64,000 bases of DNA from Clostridium sp. (GTDB lineage: Bacteria > Bacillota > Clostridia > Clostridiales > Clostridiaceae): positions 17,487-81,486 of the forward strand of contig NZ_JAPFDR010000010.1 in the NCBI RefSeq assembly GCF_026168755.1. Direction: 5' to 3'. The position numbers and the translations under genes are program-made. This document shows, in pieces, positions 52,435 through 63,000 of the stretch (its first letter is position 1; the number at the start of each line of letters is the position of its first letter). The notes below the pieces were generated by a model. The model made no database searches and was not told the origin of the DNA. It saw only the letters and a list, made by a program, of their open reading frames with translations.

Positions 52435-53331
52435 TTAAGCTCTTGGATGGGAGTTCTTATAAACTAAGTTTATTTTATCATTGTTTATTATTTCATAGTA
52501 AGTATCCATATAAGTTAATACTTGATTTCCCAAAAGCTTTTGTACTGCTCTTACATTTGCTCCATTTTGTAATAAATGTACAGCAAAGGAATGTCTAAAG
52601 GTATTTAAATTAACATCTTTATTTATTCCAGCTTTATGAGAATACTCTTTTACTATTCTCCAAACACCTTGCCTAGTTAATTGATTGCCATTTAAATTTA
52701 CAAATAAATTTGCTACTCCAGCAGAAGCAATTATATCTCTTACAGATAAATATTCCTTTAATGCAGATTCTGCACTTCTGCCTATTGGTATAAGTCTTTC
52801 ATAATTTTTATTATCATGACATCTAACATAGAGTAAATCAAGGTTTACATCCTCTACTGCTAGACTTATTATTTCAGAAACCTTCATACCAGTTGCATAC
52901 ATTAACTCTAATAAAGCATTATCTCTTATTCCCTTATTGCAATCTTTATCAACTATCTTAATTATCTTATCTACTTCCTCCACAGTTAATATTTCTGGAA
53001 GTTTTTTAGATTGGTCCGTACTCTTATAATATATCTTGGGTATATCTCTAATTATTTTTTGATCCTTTAAATAATTATAAAAACTTCTTAAGCTAATAAC
53101 AATTCTACTTATAGACCTTTCAGATTTTCCCTCTTCTAAAAGATGATCTATATAATTTTTAACTGTTACATTATCAGTTTCATCTAAATATATATCTTTA
53201 CCATTTAGATATTTAATATACAAATTAACATCAGTTACATAAGCATAAACAGTATTATCACTTTTATGACTTTCAAGCAATGACTCCCTATATTCATTTA
53301 CTATTTCTTTCATAATTCTCCCCATTCCCAC
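52435..53331 (-). CDS. xerD: XerD-like tyrosine recombinase with atypical catalytic residues
   Basis: Syntenic spoIIM-xerD-deo[23 protein letters not shown] substitutions at the catalytic R/H/H positions. Confidence 0.75.
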   Translation of the reverse strand: MGMGRIMKEIVNEYRESLLESHKSDNTVYAYVTDVNLYIKYLNGKDIYLDETDNVTVKNYIDHLLEEGKSERSISRIVISLRSFYNYLKDQKIIRDIPKIYYKSTDQSKKLPEILTVEEVDKIIKIVDKDCNKGIRDNALLELMYATGMKVSEIISLAVEDVNLDLLYVRCHDNKNYERLIPIGRSAESALKEYLSVRDIIASAGVANLFVNLNGNQLTRQGVWRIVKEYSHKAGINKDVNLNTFRHSFAVHLLQNGANVRAVQKLLGNQVLTYMDTYYEIINNDKINLVYKNSHPRA

Positions 53332-53387
53332 CTTATTTATTATTATTCGACACTTGCTTTTAATTTCCTTTTATAATTATCTATTTA

Positions 53388-54023
53388 TTAAACAACTTTA
53401 TAAACATTTGTTACTACAAATTTAATGATATTTGGACAAATATATGCTTCAATAAAAGTACCGATAATAAATATACATGCAAATACCCCTATCTTTAAAA
53501 TTAGTTCTCTCTCTACTATTCTATTTACTTTACCTTTATTAAAGAACCTTTCTTTAAGTTTTGTTGAAGAAAATTCAATTCCAACTATACTTAATGCAAT
53601 AAAACAAGGAATATAAATAATATTTTGTGGTATTGTGGAGGCTAAAGCAAGCCATAATCCCTTTCCTTCAAAAGTTGAAATTAGAAAACTAAAAGTATAT
53701 CCTAGTGTAAATCCTTTAACAAGATTTACAAGTAAAATTACTGGTGTACCAAATATAGTAAATGATAATGCTATTATTATTGTTATAAGTATCAAATTCT
53801 TCTTAAGCACACTTAATAATAAAACCTTACTATTAACTGGTTCCTTAACAATACTTTCTGTAAATGTAGAAAAATAGCTTGTAAGATCATTTGCATCATT
53901 TGCATTCATATACTTTACTATATATGTACCTAAAGCTATTCCTACACAGAAAAATATAAAAACCATTAAATAAAAAAATTTATTTTCCTTTTTATTTAAA
54001 TTTAATTTACCTATTATATTCAC
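53388..54023 (-). CDS. spoIIM: Stage II sporulation protein M
   Basis: GFTLGYTFSFL, PQNIIYIP, IEAYICP; GGAGGTG RBS favours the GTG at 54023 over the ORF-track start at 54083. Confidence 0.9.
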   Translation of the reverse strand: MNIIGKLNLNKKENKFFYLMVFIFFCVGIALGTYIVKYMNANDANDLTSYFSTFTESIVKEPVNSKVLLLSVLKKNLILITIIIALSFTIFGTPVILLVNLVKGFTLGYTFSFLISTFEGKGLWLALASTIPQNIIYIPCFIALSIVGIEFSSTKLKERFFNKGKVNRIVERELILKIGVFACIFIIGTFIEAYICPNIIKFVVTNVYKVV

Positions 54024-54052
54024 TAAAAACACCTCCATATTGTTATATCTTA

Positions 54053-54081
54053 ATAATATGATGGTATTTTCAAGTATATTC
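54053..54081 (-). promoter_or_regulatory. Sigma-E promoter of spoIIM
   Basis: GAATATA-N14-CATATTAT matches kmATAww-N14-cATAnnnT; spoIIM is an established sigma-E gene. Confidence 0.7.
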
Positions 54082-54108
54082 ATAAGTGAATATATGTAAA
54101 TTATAATT

Positions 54109-54777
54109 TTATATAATTTTTTTGATTTTTTTAATTTTTTCTCCTATTTCATTTAACTCTAAATCATAATTTGCTTCTAATATTTTTATAACCTTCTGAA
54201 TATCTTCAATTTCATTTAACTTTTTTTCTTTTTCAACTTGCCCCCTTCCTAATCTATCACTTACAAACATTAGAATCATATCATTTAAATCTACTTCTTT
54301 TACTAATTCATTTGTTTTAGCAAAAGGTAAATTTTTAATTATATACAAATGATGCATATGATATTTTACTAAGGTTGAAATCCTTTTCTTTTCATCATCT
54401 TCATAATCATAATATGTTAATAACTTATCTGCTATTTTTTCTCCTTCAATATCATGATTATATGATATTAATTTCCCTTGTTTATTTTTTTTAGTTGTTA
54501 CACCCTTTCCTAAATCGTGTAATAAGGCACCTAACATGAAGCTTGCTTTATCATTTGCAAAATCTCTTATTTTAGCTGCAGTATCTACTACTTGCTTTAA
54601 ATGATTCCATACATTTCCCTCAGGATGATATTGTTTATTTTGCTCTATTTTTTCTAAATTTATCAATACTTCTAAAGGAGTATTTTTTAGTGAAGTTTTT
54701 ATTTCTTCTAAATAAATTGATGGTCTATCATAAATAAGTAAATTTTCTTGTATTTCTTTTAATTTATTTACTTCCAT
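54109..54777 (-). CDS. HD-domain protein
   Basis: YHPEGNVWNH, LLHDLGK, HDIEG, YHMH, SDRLGR. Confidence 0.85.
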   Translation of the reverse strand: MEVNKLKEIQENLLIYDRPSIYLEEIKTSLKNTPLEVLINLEKIEQNKQYHPEGNVWNHLKQVVDTAAKIRDFANDKASFMLGALLHDLGKGVTTKKNKQGKLISYNHDIEGEKIADKLLTYYDYEDDEKKRISTLVKYHMHHLYIIKNLPFAKTNELVKEVDLNDMILMFVSDRLGRGQVEKEKKLNEIEDIQKVIKILEANYDLELNEIGEKIKKIKKII

Positions 54778-54945
54778 AGTTTTCTCCTTTTTAATATTTT
54801 TTCATATATTCTTTTTATAATTAGTTTTCCTACATTATCATATTTTAAAACAAATTATTTTTTATAATAATAATTTATTTTATTGTAATAATATTTTTAA
54901 TTTTAGGGTAATTTAAATATATTATTTATTTGAGGTGTAGTTGTT

Positions 54946-55281
54946 TTGGAAGAATTATTTAATAAATATTTACCTATACTTATTCATTTATTTGAACTTA
55001 TGGGAATTTTAATATTAACATTAGGAGTTTTTACAGCCTTTTATCACTATATTCAAAAAAGATTCTTTAAGAAAAAAGTTAATATTAAATATGAATTTGC
55101 AGATGTTATGATTACAACTTTAGATTTTAAGTTAGCTTCAGAAATATTAAAAACTGTTACTATAAAAAGTATGGATGAGGTCGTAATATTAGCATCAGTG
55201 TTTATTATAAGAATAATCATGACATTTGTTTTAGAAAAAGAAATGCAGATAGAAGAAAGCAAAAAAGACACTTCTCATTAA
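54946..55281 (+). CDS. DUF1622-family membrane protein
   Basis: LDFKLASEILKTV...LASVFIIRIIMTFVLEKE. Confidence 0.8.
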   Translation: MEELFNKYLPILIHLFELMGILILTLGVFTAFYHYIQKRFFKKKVNIKYEFADVMITTLDFKLASEILKTVTIKSMDEVVILASVFIIRIIMTFVLEKEMQIEESKKDTSH

Positions 55282-55301
55282 TTTATTTAATGAGAAGTGT
55301 C
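55267..55301. terminator. Bidirectional terminator between DUF1622 and GH20
   Basis: gacacttctcatta / taatgagaagtgtc, 14-bp perfect arms. Confidence 0.75.
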
Positions 55302-55371
55302 AAATGAATTATCACTAACAAATTTTCATCTATTAATACAACTAATTATTAAATTATAGTTATTTAACTAC

Positions 55372-58300
55372 TTATTTTCTATTCTTTTTTCTACTTAATC
55401 CTAATCCACCAAGTAAAGCAATAACTCCACTCATTAATGTTCCAGCAACACCTGCTGTTCCTGTTTGTGGTAACTTACCATTACTTGAAGTTCCACTATT
55501 GTTATTATTTGAACCTGACGCTTGATTATTATTTGAATTTGATGAACCTGAACCTGAAGTTGAATTTGCAACTAAAGAATTCTTAGCTTTTTCAAGATTT
55601 GCTAAAGCTGTGTTTACTTCTTCTTGCGTAGCTTCTTCATTTGCCACTACTTCCTCAGCTAATTTAACTGCTTCTTTTAAAGCTTTTATTGTTTCTTCAG
55701 TATATTTATCAGCTTCATTTGCTATTATATTCTTAGCATTTTCTATAGCTGAAGTTAATTCAGATTTGTTTACTGCTTCTTTAATAGTTGTTGTTACTGT
55801 TGAAGTCTTAGTTTCTTCTTCTACACCCTCACCATCAGCAACCTTACCATTTATTAAATCAAATGCTACATTTTCTCCACTAGCTTTTGCTGTGAATGTT
55901 AATTTAACAATATCCTTAACATTTTCTAAAGCAGCTCCTAGTCCAGCTACTACTACCTTAACTTTTCCGTCTGCATCTTTTGCTTGAACAAAATATTTAT
56001 CTGCATCTACTGAAATTGCTTCTTTAAATTCTACCTTTGTTTCATCATAATCAACTTCAAATTCCATAGCATACATATTTTCTTTTATATCACTTAAGTT
56101 AACATTAACATCAAAGTCATTTCCAACTGTTACTTCTTCTGCTACAGTCATATTAATTCCAGTTTGAACTTCTTCTGGTATTTCTTCTGCTACCTTATGA
56201 ATAGTAAATTCTGCAGCTGAAGCAAATTTATTTGTACTATTTGTTGCTCCATCAGTAACCTTTATCTTAATATATCTAGCATCTACAGCATCAAACTTAG
56301 CAAGTTTATTAGACATATTATTATCCCAAGTAAATGTGCCAACACTAGTATATTCATCATCAGCATTAACCTTTACTGATATTTCACACTTTAATACTCT
56401 TCCATTTGCACTACCATCTTGTCTTGGAATATAAGTTATTTTATCTATATTTTGAACTTCTTTCATATCCACTTCAACTGTTGCTGGCAATGCTTTATAC
56501 GGACTATAGTTTGAATGCCAAATAGTATTTAAATCATTATCAAATGCTAAATATGCAGGACCTTCAGTTCCATTGCCTGCTAATGGATTTTCATTGTCTG
56601 ATGTAACTACGAAGTTAGTTGAATCTATAATAGTTTCATCTTGTGGTAATTCACTTCCAAGGACTATTCCATCAATTAATCCCTTAAATGAATTTGTAGT
56701 ACTTCCTATACGTTCAAATGGAATAAGTAAAGTTGCAACTGGCCTATTACCTAAAGTATCAACTAATTCATTATTAACGTATAATGATGTTCTTTCATTT
56801 TGACTTGTAATAGTTAAATATACCCATTCATCATCTGGTAGTTGATAATTAAATGAGAAATTATCTCTTTCTCTTGTAAATCCAACATTACCATTAGCAT
56901 CTACTGCTTTTATAGCATAATTATCAAATTTAGATGGTGATTCAAATAGGATTTGTTCTCCTTCAGGAGCATTTCCATCCTTCTTAACCCAGAAAGAAAT
57001 TGAGTTTGGAAGTCCAACTCTCTTAATCGGAGTCTCTACATAACTTTCGCCCCCATTAAGTCTTAAAGCTTGTCCTTTCTTTCCTGCTTCAAGTGATACA
57101 TTTTTCTTAGAAATTGAATTATATTCATTTCCTGATTTATCCAATATTTCTTCTTCTTCAAAATCATATTCTACATAGTTAGGAGTATCTGATTCTACAG
57201 TGTAATATGGGTTAGTGTTTGGAGCAGTACCTGTAATTGCAGATAATTCATTTAATTCTGCATATGTCTTATCTTCTCCTTCTCCCCACATTTTTTCTGA
57301 AAGTGCTGGAAGCGCTTTAAAAAATCTATCAAATACATCATATTCAGATACCTTTTGATTTCTCTTATCTATTTGGTCATTCCAAATAGCATAAGCAGCA
57401 CCTAACATTTGGTCATCACCAGCTGGGAATTCCTTTCCTGCCATTACATTTGGTTCCCAATTATTATAAAGGTTTTGAGCATTTAAATAGTTTGCATAAT
57501 AATTAGCTGCTGGAACTATATAAAGACTTGAATCAAGAGTGTTTATTAAATCATATCCTGCATTATACATCTGAGTTGGCTCTGCCCAATCTCTTGACCA
57601 AACATTTAATTGAACTCCTTCAGATCTAACTGGAGTTGTTCCATTAAGCCAAGTTAATCCACCCCACATACGAACTGTTCTGTCATTATCTTGAATATGT
57701 CCAAGAACAGCATCAGTAAATGCTCTATATTGTTCCTTATTAGCTTCATATTCATCAGTACCTACATGAACTGTCGTTTCAGTATCAAATACTGGGTTTT
57801 CACCTTCCATATATTCATTAAATAAATTCTTAACAAATTCTAAAGACTCTGGATTTCCTAAATCTAAATGATCTAAAACTGGTCTATTAGTTATTCTTGG
57901 GTTCCAGCCATCTAATGCTAAGTTTCTGAATACTTTAGTGAATGCTAAAGCATGAGCTGGAGTATCTATTTCTGGAACTACATTTATTCCCAATTCTCTT
58001 GAAGATTGAATGAAATCTCTAAACTCATCCTTAGTATAGAATACATCTGTAGATGTTATACCTTCACCTTTTTCATTTCTAAGATCAGATTCTAATCTAA
58101 ATGCAGAATATGCATTGTATGCATCCTCTATATTAGACTTATCTGAATTTATATAATCTTCTAAGAATATATAGTTATCATTTAAGTGAACTTGTAAGTC
58201 ATTTAGCTTATACCATGCCATTGTTTCAGCAAGTTCCTTTAATGAATCTAATTCATAAGATTTTCTTGCAACATCTAAAATAAATCCTCTTACTTTATAT

Positions 58301-60012
58301 TTCGGATAATCTCTAACAATACCTTGTGGTAATGTAGATTTTGTTTGTTTTAATACTTGTAATACAGAACGAGTTCCATAGAAAGCACCTTGTGCTGATT
58401 TCGCTTCAATTTTAACAGAATCAGTAATTGTTATGATATTCCCTTCATTACAAAGACCACCATCTTCAGTTGCTAAAGTTAAAAAGAAACTATTTGCTGT
58501 CGCTTTAGTACCTTCTTCAACAGATATGTTTTTACCTAAAATATCCTCATAATCACTAGCAAATTTATTAGCTGTTTCCATTAATTCATCTTTATAATTA
58601 CTATCTACAATTATCTTTGTGCTATCTGAAATTTCAAAATTTCCTTCTGTTCCATACCATTCAGCTAACTCTGGAATAACTTTAGGTTTTTCATTACCAA
58701 CATTAGCTTCATATTTTCCTGGAACAAGTACTTGTAATGCTGCTGTAGTTTTTTCCTCTTCACCCTTCTTAACTTTGAAGTTAACTTCTACAGTTGTATC
58801 AACTAACGGCTCATATATAGTGCCATCCGCACCTATAATCTGTTCGTAATCTGCACCAACAAACTCTACCTCAAACCCTTCTGGAACTTCTGGCATTTGC
58901 ATTTTTGAATCACCTTTATTTATAACTGGTGCTGTTATTGAAGCTACAACATCATCAATTGTGTAAGCTGGTAAATCTAATTTATTAGAGTATAATTCAA
59001 ACTCATATATTGAAACTGTATTCCATTTATTAGTTACTCCAGATGCATTTGTACCTGCTTGGTCAAAATTATTTATTTTAACTCTAACATATTTAGCAGT
59101 CTTAGGTTGATCAAAGTTGGCAGCTACCCTACAATTATCATTTTTAGAAGTTCTTGACCATGCAGTTTCCCATTCTTGTCCATCATTAGAAACTTGAATT
59201 TCGTAATCAATTACATTATTTCTCTCCCAATTAATAACAAAACTTTGGATTGTTTTAGCTTCTGGTAATTCAATTTGTAACCAATGTGGATTTTCATTTG
59301 TTGCACTTCTAACTTCACTTGCCCATCTAGTAGTATCATTTCCATCATTAACCTTATCTGCTGTAAAGTTATCAGTCTCAGAAGCATTTGCTGTTGCTGT
59401 TCCTTTAAGTGCAAGGTTTTCAACTTCTTGATACTGATTTACTTCAAGTTCAAATACTGATACTGTATTCCAAGTTACACTTTTATTGCTTCCATCAGTA
59501 TCTCTCTTATCTGCTGTTTCTGAATAATTTGAAATAGATAAACGAACATAACGTGCAGTTTCTGATGAATCAAGTGCAACTACTTGTCTATATTCACTTG
59601 GTGCACTTGTAAATTCTTTAATAGTTTTCCAAGTTGTATCGTCATTACTTACTTCAATTATATAATTAGTTGCATTTTTTCTTTCCCAATCGATTACTAT
59701 TTCATCAAAGTTTTTAACTTCACCTAAATCAATTTTTAACCACTTTTTATTTTCTGTAGTTGCTGATGTTGTATTACTAGCCCATCTAGATTGTTTTCCT
59801 GAATTTTCATAATCAACTATTCCATCAATTGCTTTGCTTCCCGTAAAATCTGATGTTTCATCATCAGATGTTGTTGCTACTACTCCATCTTCTAATGCAA
59901 GATTTGTCTTTACCATATTAGTTTCCGCTTTTACATAGGTAAATGAATTAACAGCCATCATCATGCTTAAAATCATTACGCATAACTTTTTATTTCTCCT
60001 AATCATTCTCAT
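55372..60012 (-). CDS. Cell-wall-anchored GH20 beta-N-acetylhexosaminidase with CBM32 modules, cohesin, FIVAR and LPxTG
   Basis: RGFILDVAR, HVGTDE catalytic pair, three F5/8 modules, cohesin-like module (TGINMTVAEEVTVGNDFDV...), LPQTG plus TM and basic tail. Confidence 0.9.
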   Translation of the reverse strand: MRMIRRNKKLCVMILSMMMAVNSFTYVKAETNMVKTNLALEDGVVATTSDDETSDFTGSKAIDGIVDYENSGKQSRWASNTTSATTENKKWLKIDLGEVKNFDEIVIDWERKNATNYIIEVSNDDTTWKTIKEFTSAPSEYRQVVALDSSETARYVRLSISNYSETADKRDTDGSNKSVTWNTVSVFELEVNQYQEVENLALKGTATANASETDNFTADKVNDGNDTTRWASEVRSATNENPHWLQIELPEAKTIQSFVINWERNNVIDYEIQVSNDGQEWETAWSRTSKNDNCRVAANFDQPKTAKYVRVKINNFDQAGTNASGVTNKWNTVSIYEFELYSNKLDLPAYTIDDVVASITAPVINKGDSKMQMPEVPEGFEVEFVGADYEQIIGADGTIYEPLVDTTVEVNFKVKKGEEEKTTAALQVLVPGKYEANVGNEKPKVIPELAEWYGTEGNFEISDSTKIIVDSNYKDELMETANKFASDYEDILGKNISVEEGTKATANSFFLTLATEDGGLCNEGNIITITDSVKIEAKSAQGAFYGTRSVLQVLKQTKSTLPQGIVRDYPKYKVRGFILDVARKSYELDSLKELAETMAWYKLNDLQVHLNDNYIFLEDYINSDKSNIEDAYNAYSAFRLESDLRNEKGEGITSTDVFYTKDEFRDFIQSSRELGINVVPEIDTPAHALAFTKVFRNLALDGWNPRITNRPVLDHLDLGNPESLEFVKNLFNEYMEGENPVFDTETTVHVGTDEYEANKEQYRAFTDAVLGHIQDNDRTVRMWGGLTWLNGTTPVRSEGVQLNVWSRDWAEPTQMYNAGYDLINTLDSSLYIVPAANYYANYLNAQNLYNNWEPNVMAGKEFPAGDDQMLGAAYAIWNDQIDKRNQKVSEYDVFDRFFKALPALSEKMWGEGEDKTYAELNELSAITGTAPNTNPYYTVESDTPNYVEYDFEEEEILDKSGNEYNSISKKNVSLEAGKKGQALRLNGGESYVETPIKRVGLPNSISFWVKKDGNAPEGEQILFESPSKFDNYAIKAVDANGNVGFTRERDNFSFNYQLPDDEWVYLTITSQNERTSLYVNNELVDTLGNRPVATLLIPFERIGSTTNSFKGLIDGIVLGSELPQDETIIDSTNFVVTSDNENPLAGNGTEGPAYLAFDNDLNTIWHSNYSPYKALPATVEVDMKEVQNIDKITYIPRQDGSANGRVLKCEISVKVNADDEYTSVGTFTWDNNMSNKLAKFDAVDARYIKIKVTDGATNSTNKFASAAEFTIHKVAEEIPEEVQTGINMTVAEEVTVGNDFDVNVNLSDIKENMYAMEFEVDYDETKVEFKEAISVDADKYFVQAKDADGKVKVVVAGLGAALENVKDIVKLTFTAKASGENVAFDLINGKVADGEGVEEETKTSTVTTTIKEAVNKSELTSAIENAKNIIANEADKYTEETIKALKEAVKLAEEVVANEEATQEEVNTALANLEKAKNSLVANSTSGSGSSNSNNNQASGSNNNNSGTSSNGKLPQTGTAGVAGTLMSGVIALLGGLGLSRKKNRK

Positions 60013-60096
60013 ATCCCCCTATTTTTTTATTTTACTAAAAAAAATATTCTGTTAAATTAGATAAATGGTATATATCAAATAAAAATTAATTCTATA

Positions 60097-63000
60097 TTAG
60101 TTTCCAAATATATTATCAGTAATAAGCTTTAAATCATCTGTGTTTACTACACCATCTTTATTTATATCAGATTTTTCACTTAATTCATTTCCTGATACTA
60201 TATTTCCAAAATTCTTAGATACTATAGATAAATCTCCTATAGTTATATCTCCATCTCCGTTAATATCTAAAACTAATTCTGGTTCTACATCACCTAATAC
60301 ATAGTTTATAGTATACACATTTTTTGTTCCAGCTTCTGAACGAACTACTATTAATGATTTATTGTTGTAAATAGGTAATACAGTTACAGCTGCATTACTT
60401 TGCCCTATAGCTTCTACTATTGTAGGTAATTCTTCCACTTCAACAGTATATTCCATTTTATCTGGAGCAAAGTTATCTAAAGGTTTACCATCTAACTTAA
60501 TTTCAGATAAAACAGCTGATAGATTTGCACTTACCTTTGGAACATATTCATAAACAGCTATTTCAGTTAAACCAATACAGTTACCAACCGCAGATTGTTG
60601 CATATAAACACGAATACTATCTGTGTTTATTACATTATCTAAACGATAAGTTGTTTCCCCTGATAAATATGATACTTCTGTTGTATTTGTATGTGGAACA
60701 ACAACATATTCTCCAGCATCATTTTTATATCTAATTTCTACTTTCTTTGGAAGTTTAGCAGCTCCATTATCAGTGAATAGCCATAAATCTAAGCGGTCAA
60801 TAGCATGCTTATTTGACCAATCTAATTGAACATAAGCTCCCTTAGGTTCTCCATCAACAGTTAATTCACGTTCTCCCCAGTTTGTCCAACGTTCATTTGT
60901 ATTAGAGCTATTATTTTTAATTCCATTATTAATAGAGTCTAAGTTATCAGAAGTTTTAGTACAACTTTGAGAAAGTTTTGGAATATCATTATTTGTTTCA
61001 TTATTTATTGAAATGTTAGCTGCATTTTTTAATGCTTCAACAATACGTACTGAAGCAGTAACAGGATACTCCTTACCTAATAATTGAACTTTACCATTAA
61101 TAACTACAGTTTCACCAACATTTGTGAAATCTTTACCTTCTAAGTCCCAATTAACAACGAAATCTTCACTATCACCACCATCTACTAAATAACCTTTTAC
61201 AGTTTTAGGAAGTGATGGCACTGTTCCAGAATAAGTGAAAGTTGAATAATTTTCCATAGCAACTACATCACCTATAATATGAACATTAACAACTACAGCT
61301 ATATCTGTACCTTCTAACTTACCAGTTAACTTAACTATTTGTGGAGTGTTTAATATTTCTTCATCATAAGCATTCCATTCAATATTAAAGTTAGCTGTTG
61401 TTCCATCACTGTATCTTCCTTCTACAGTTTTTGGCAATTCTGGCTTTTCACCTAAAGCAACATAATAATTCTTAACTATATCATATGATTCTAAATATTT
61501 ATCTTCTCCAGCTCTATTTTCAGTATTAATTGTTATAGATTGAGATGCTAAACCTTCACCTGAAACTGTTAATTCCATTTCCCCTGCATCCTTAGTAGAT
61601 TGAACTATTACTAAAGCTTTACCATTATAAGCACTTCTAGTACCAGTTGTATCAGTGGTTGGCTTATATGAATCTGTATCAGTGGCATCACCATTATCTA
61701 AACCTACAATCTTACCATTTCCTTCAAGGGTATAAGTTAATTCATTATTAGCACCACCAACAATATTTCCATCTTCATCTACTAAATCAACAGTAATATA
61801 AGATAAATCATATCCATCAGCAGCAATAGTTGTATTATCTGCACTTAAATCTACAGTAACGGCTTCCCCTGTAGTTGTAACAGAACTTCTACCTTCTGTA
61901 TTAGTTATTTCTCTGCCATCTTTATCAAAAGCTTTAGCTTCTAATGTACCTTCTTCATAAGTTACATTAAATGTTGGATATAATTCATCATTACCAAATG
62001 TATAATATTTATATCCTGCTTCAGTAGTATTCTCTTTAGCAGTTGCTTCATCAATTTTTTTACCATTTAAATATAGCTCAACTTTATAAGCATCTGTAAA
62101 TACTTGAACCGTTGCTACACCATTGTTTAGATATATGTCTTCACTATTCCATGTAGGTAATAAATGTAATGTATTTACCTCATCATTCCATTGGCTTTGA
62201 TATAAATAATAAATATCTTTTTCAAAACCAGCAGTATCAACTATACCAAAGTAGCTTGATTTAGGAGCTGGGCCTTGACCACTTACAGAACCTGGTGTTA
62301 CACCATTCCAAGGAGTTGGCTCACCTATATAGTCAAATCCTGTCCATACAAACTCACCTGCATTTCTATCATTTTTTATAACATATTTCCATGCATTACT
62401 TGCTGAATGCCCCCATCCAACTCTGTTTTCATCATTATCATATTCAGCCATTTGAAGATTACTATTATCTCTTCCCCAAGTTTTATAATGCCCTCTACTA
62501 TGAACAGCACTACTAGTTTCTGAATCATATGCTATCCAATCTTCATGCTTATCTAATAAGCTATTAAATTGACTCATATCTGTGTAGTTAAATCCAACTA
62601 TACCACCATTTTCAGTTATTATATCATTGATTTCTTGAGCATTTTCCCAGTTTGATTTACTTTTATTATCACCTATAGTAACTGGTCTTGTTGAATCTTC
62701 TTCCTTAATCCAATCTATAATATCTTGAGCAATTGTTGAATAATTAGAAGAGTCTCCACCAATACCTTCAAAAATTTCATTACCAATTGACCACATGATT
62801 ACTGAAGGATCATTTTTTGAACTATTAACCATTGCTTTAGCTTCAAATTCTCCCCAAGTCATACCTGTTTCACCATTGATAATTTTATTATCTTCATCAA
62901 TTTCTACATTAAAGTACTTTGAAAAATCATTGCCATTACCATTCTTAGAATTTGTCCAGGTGTCAAATGCTTCATTAATTACTAATAATCCTAAACGATT

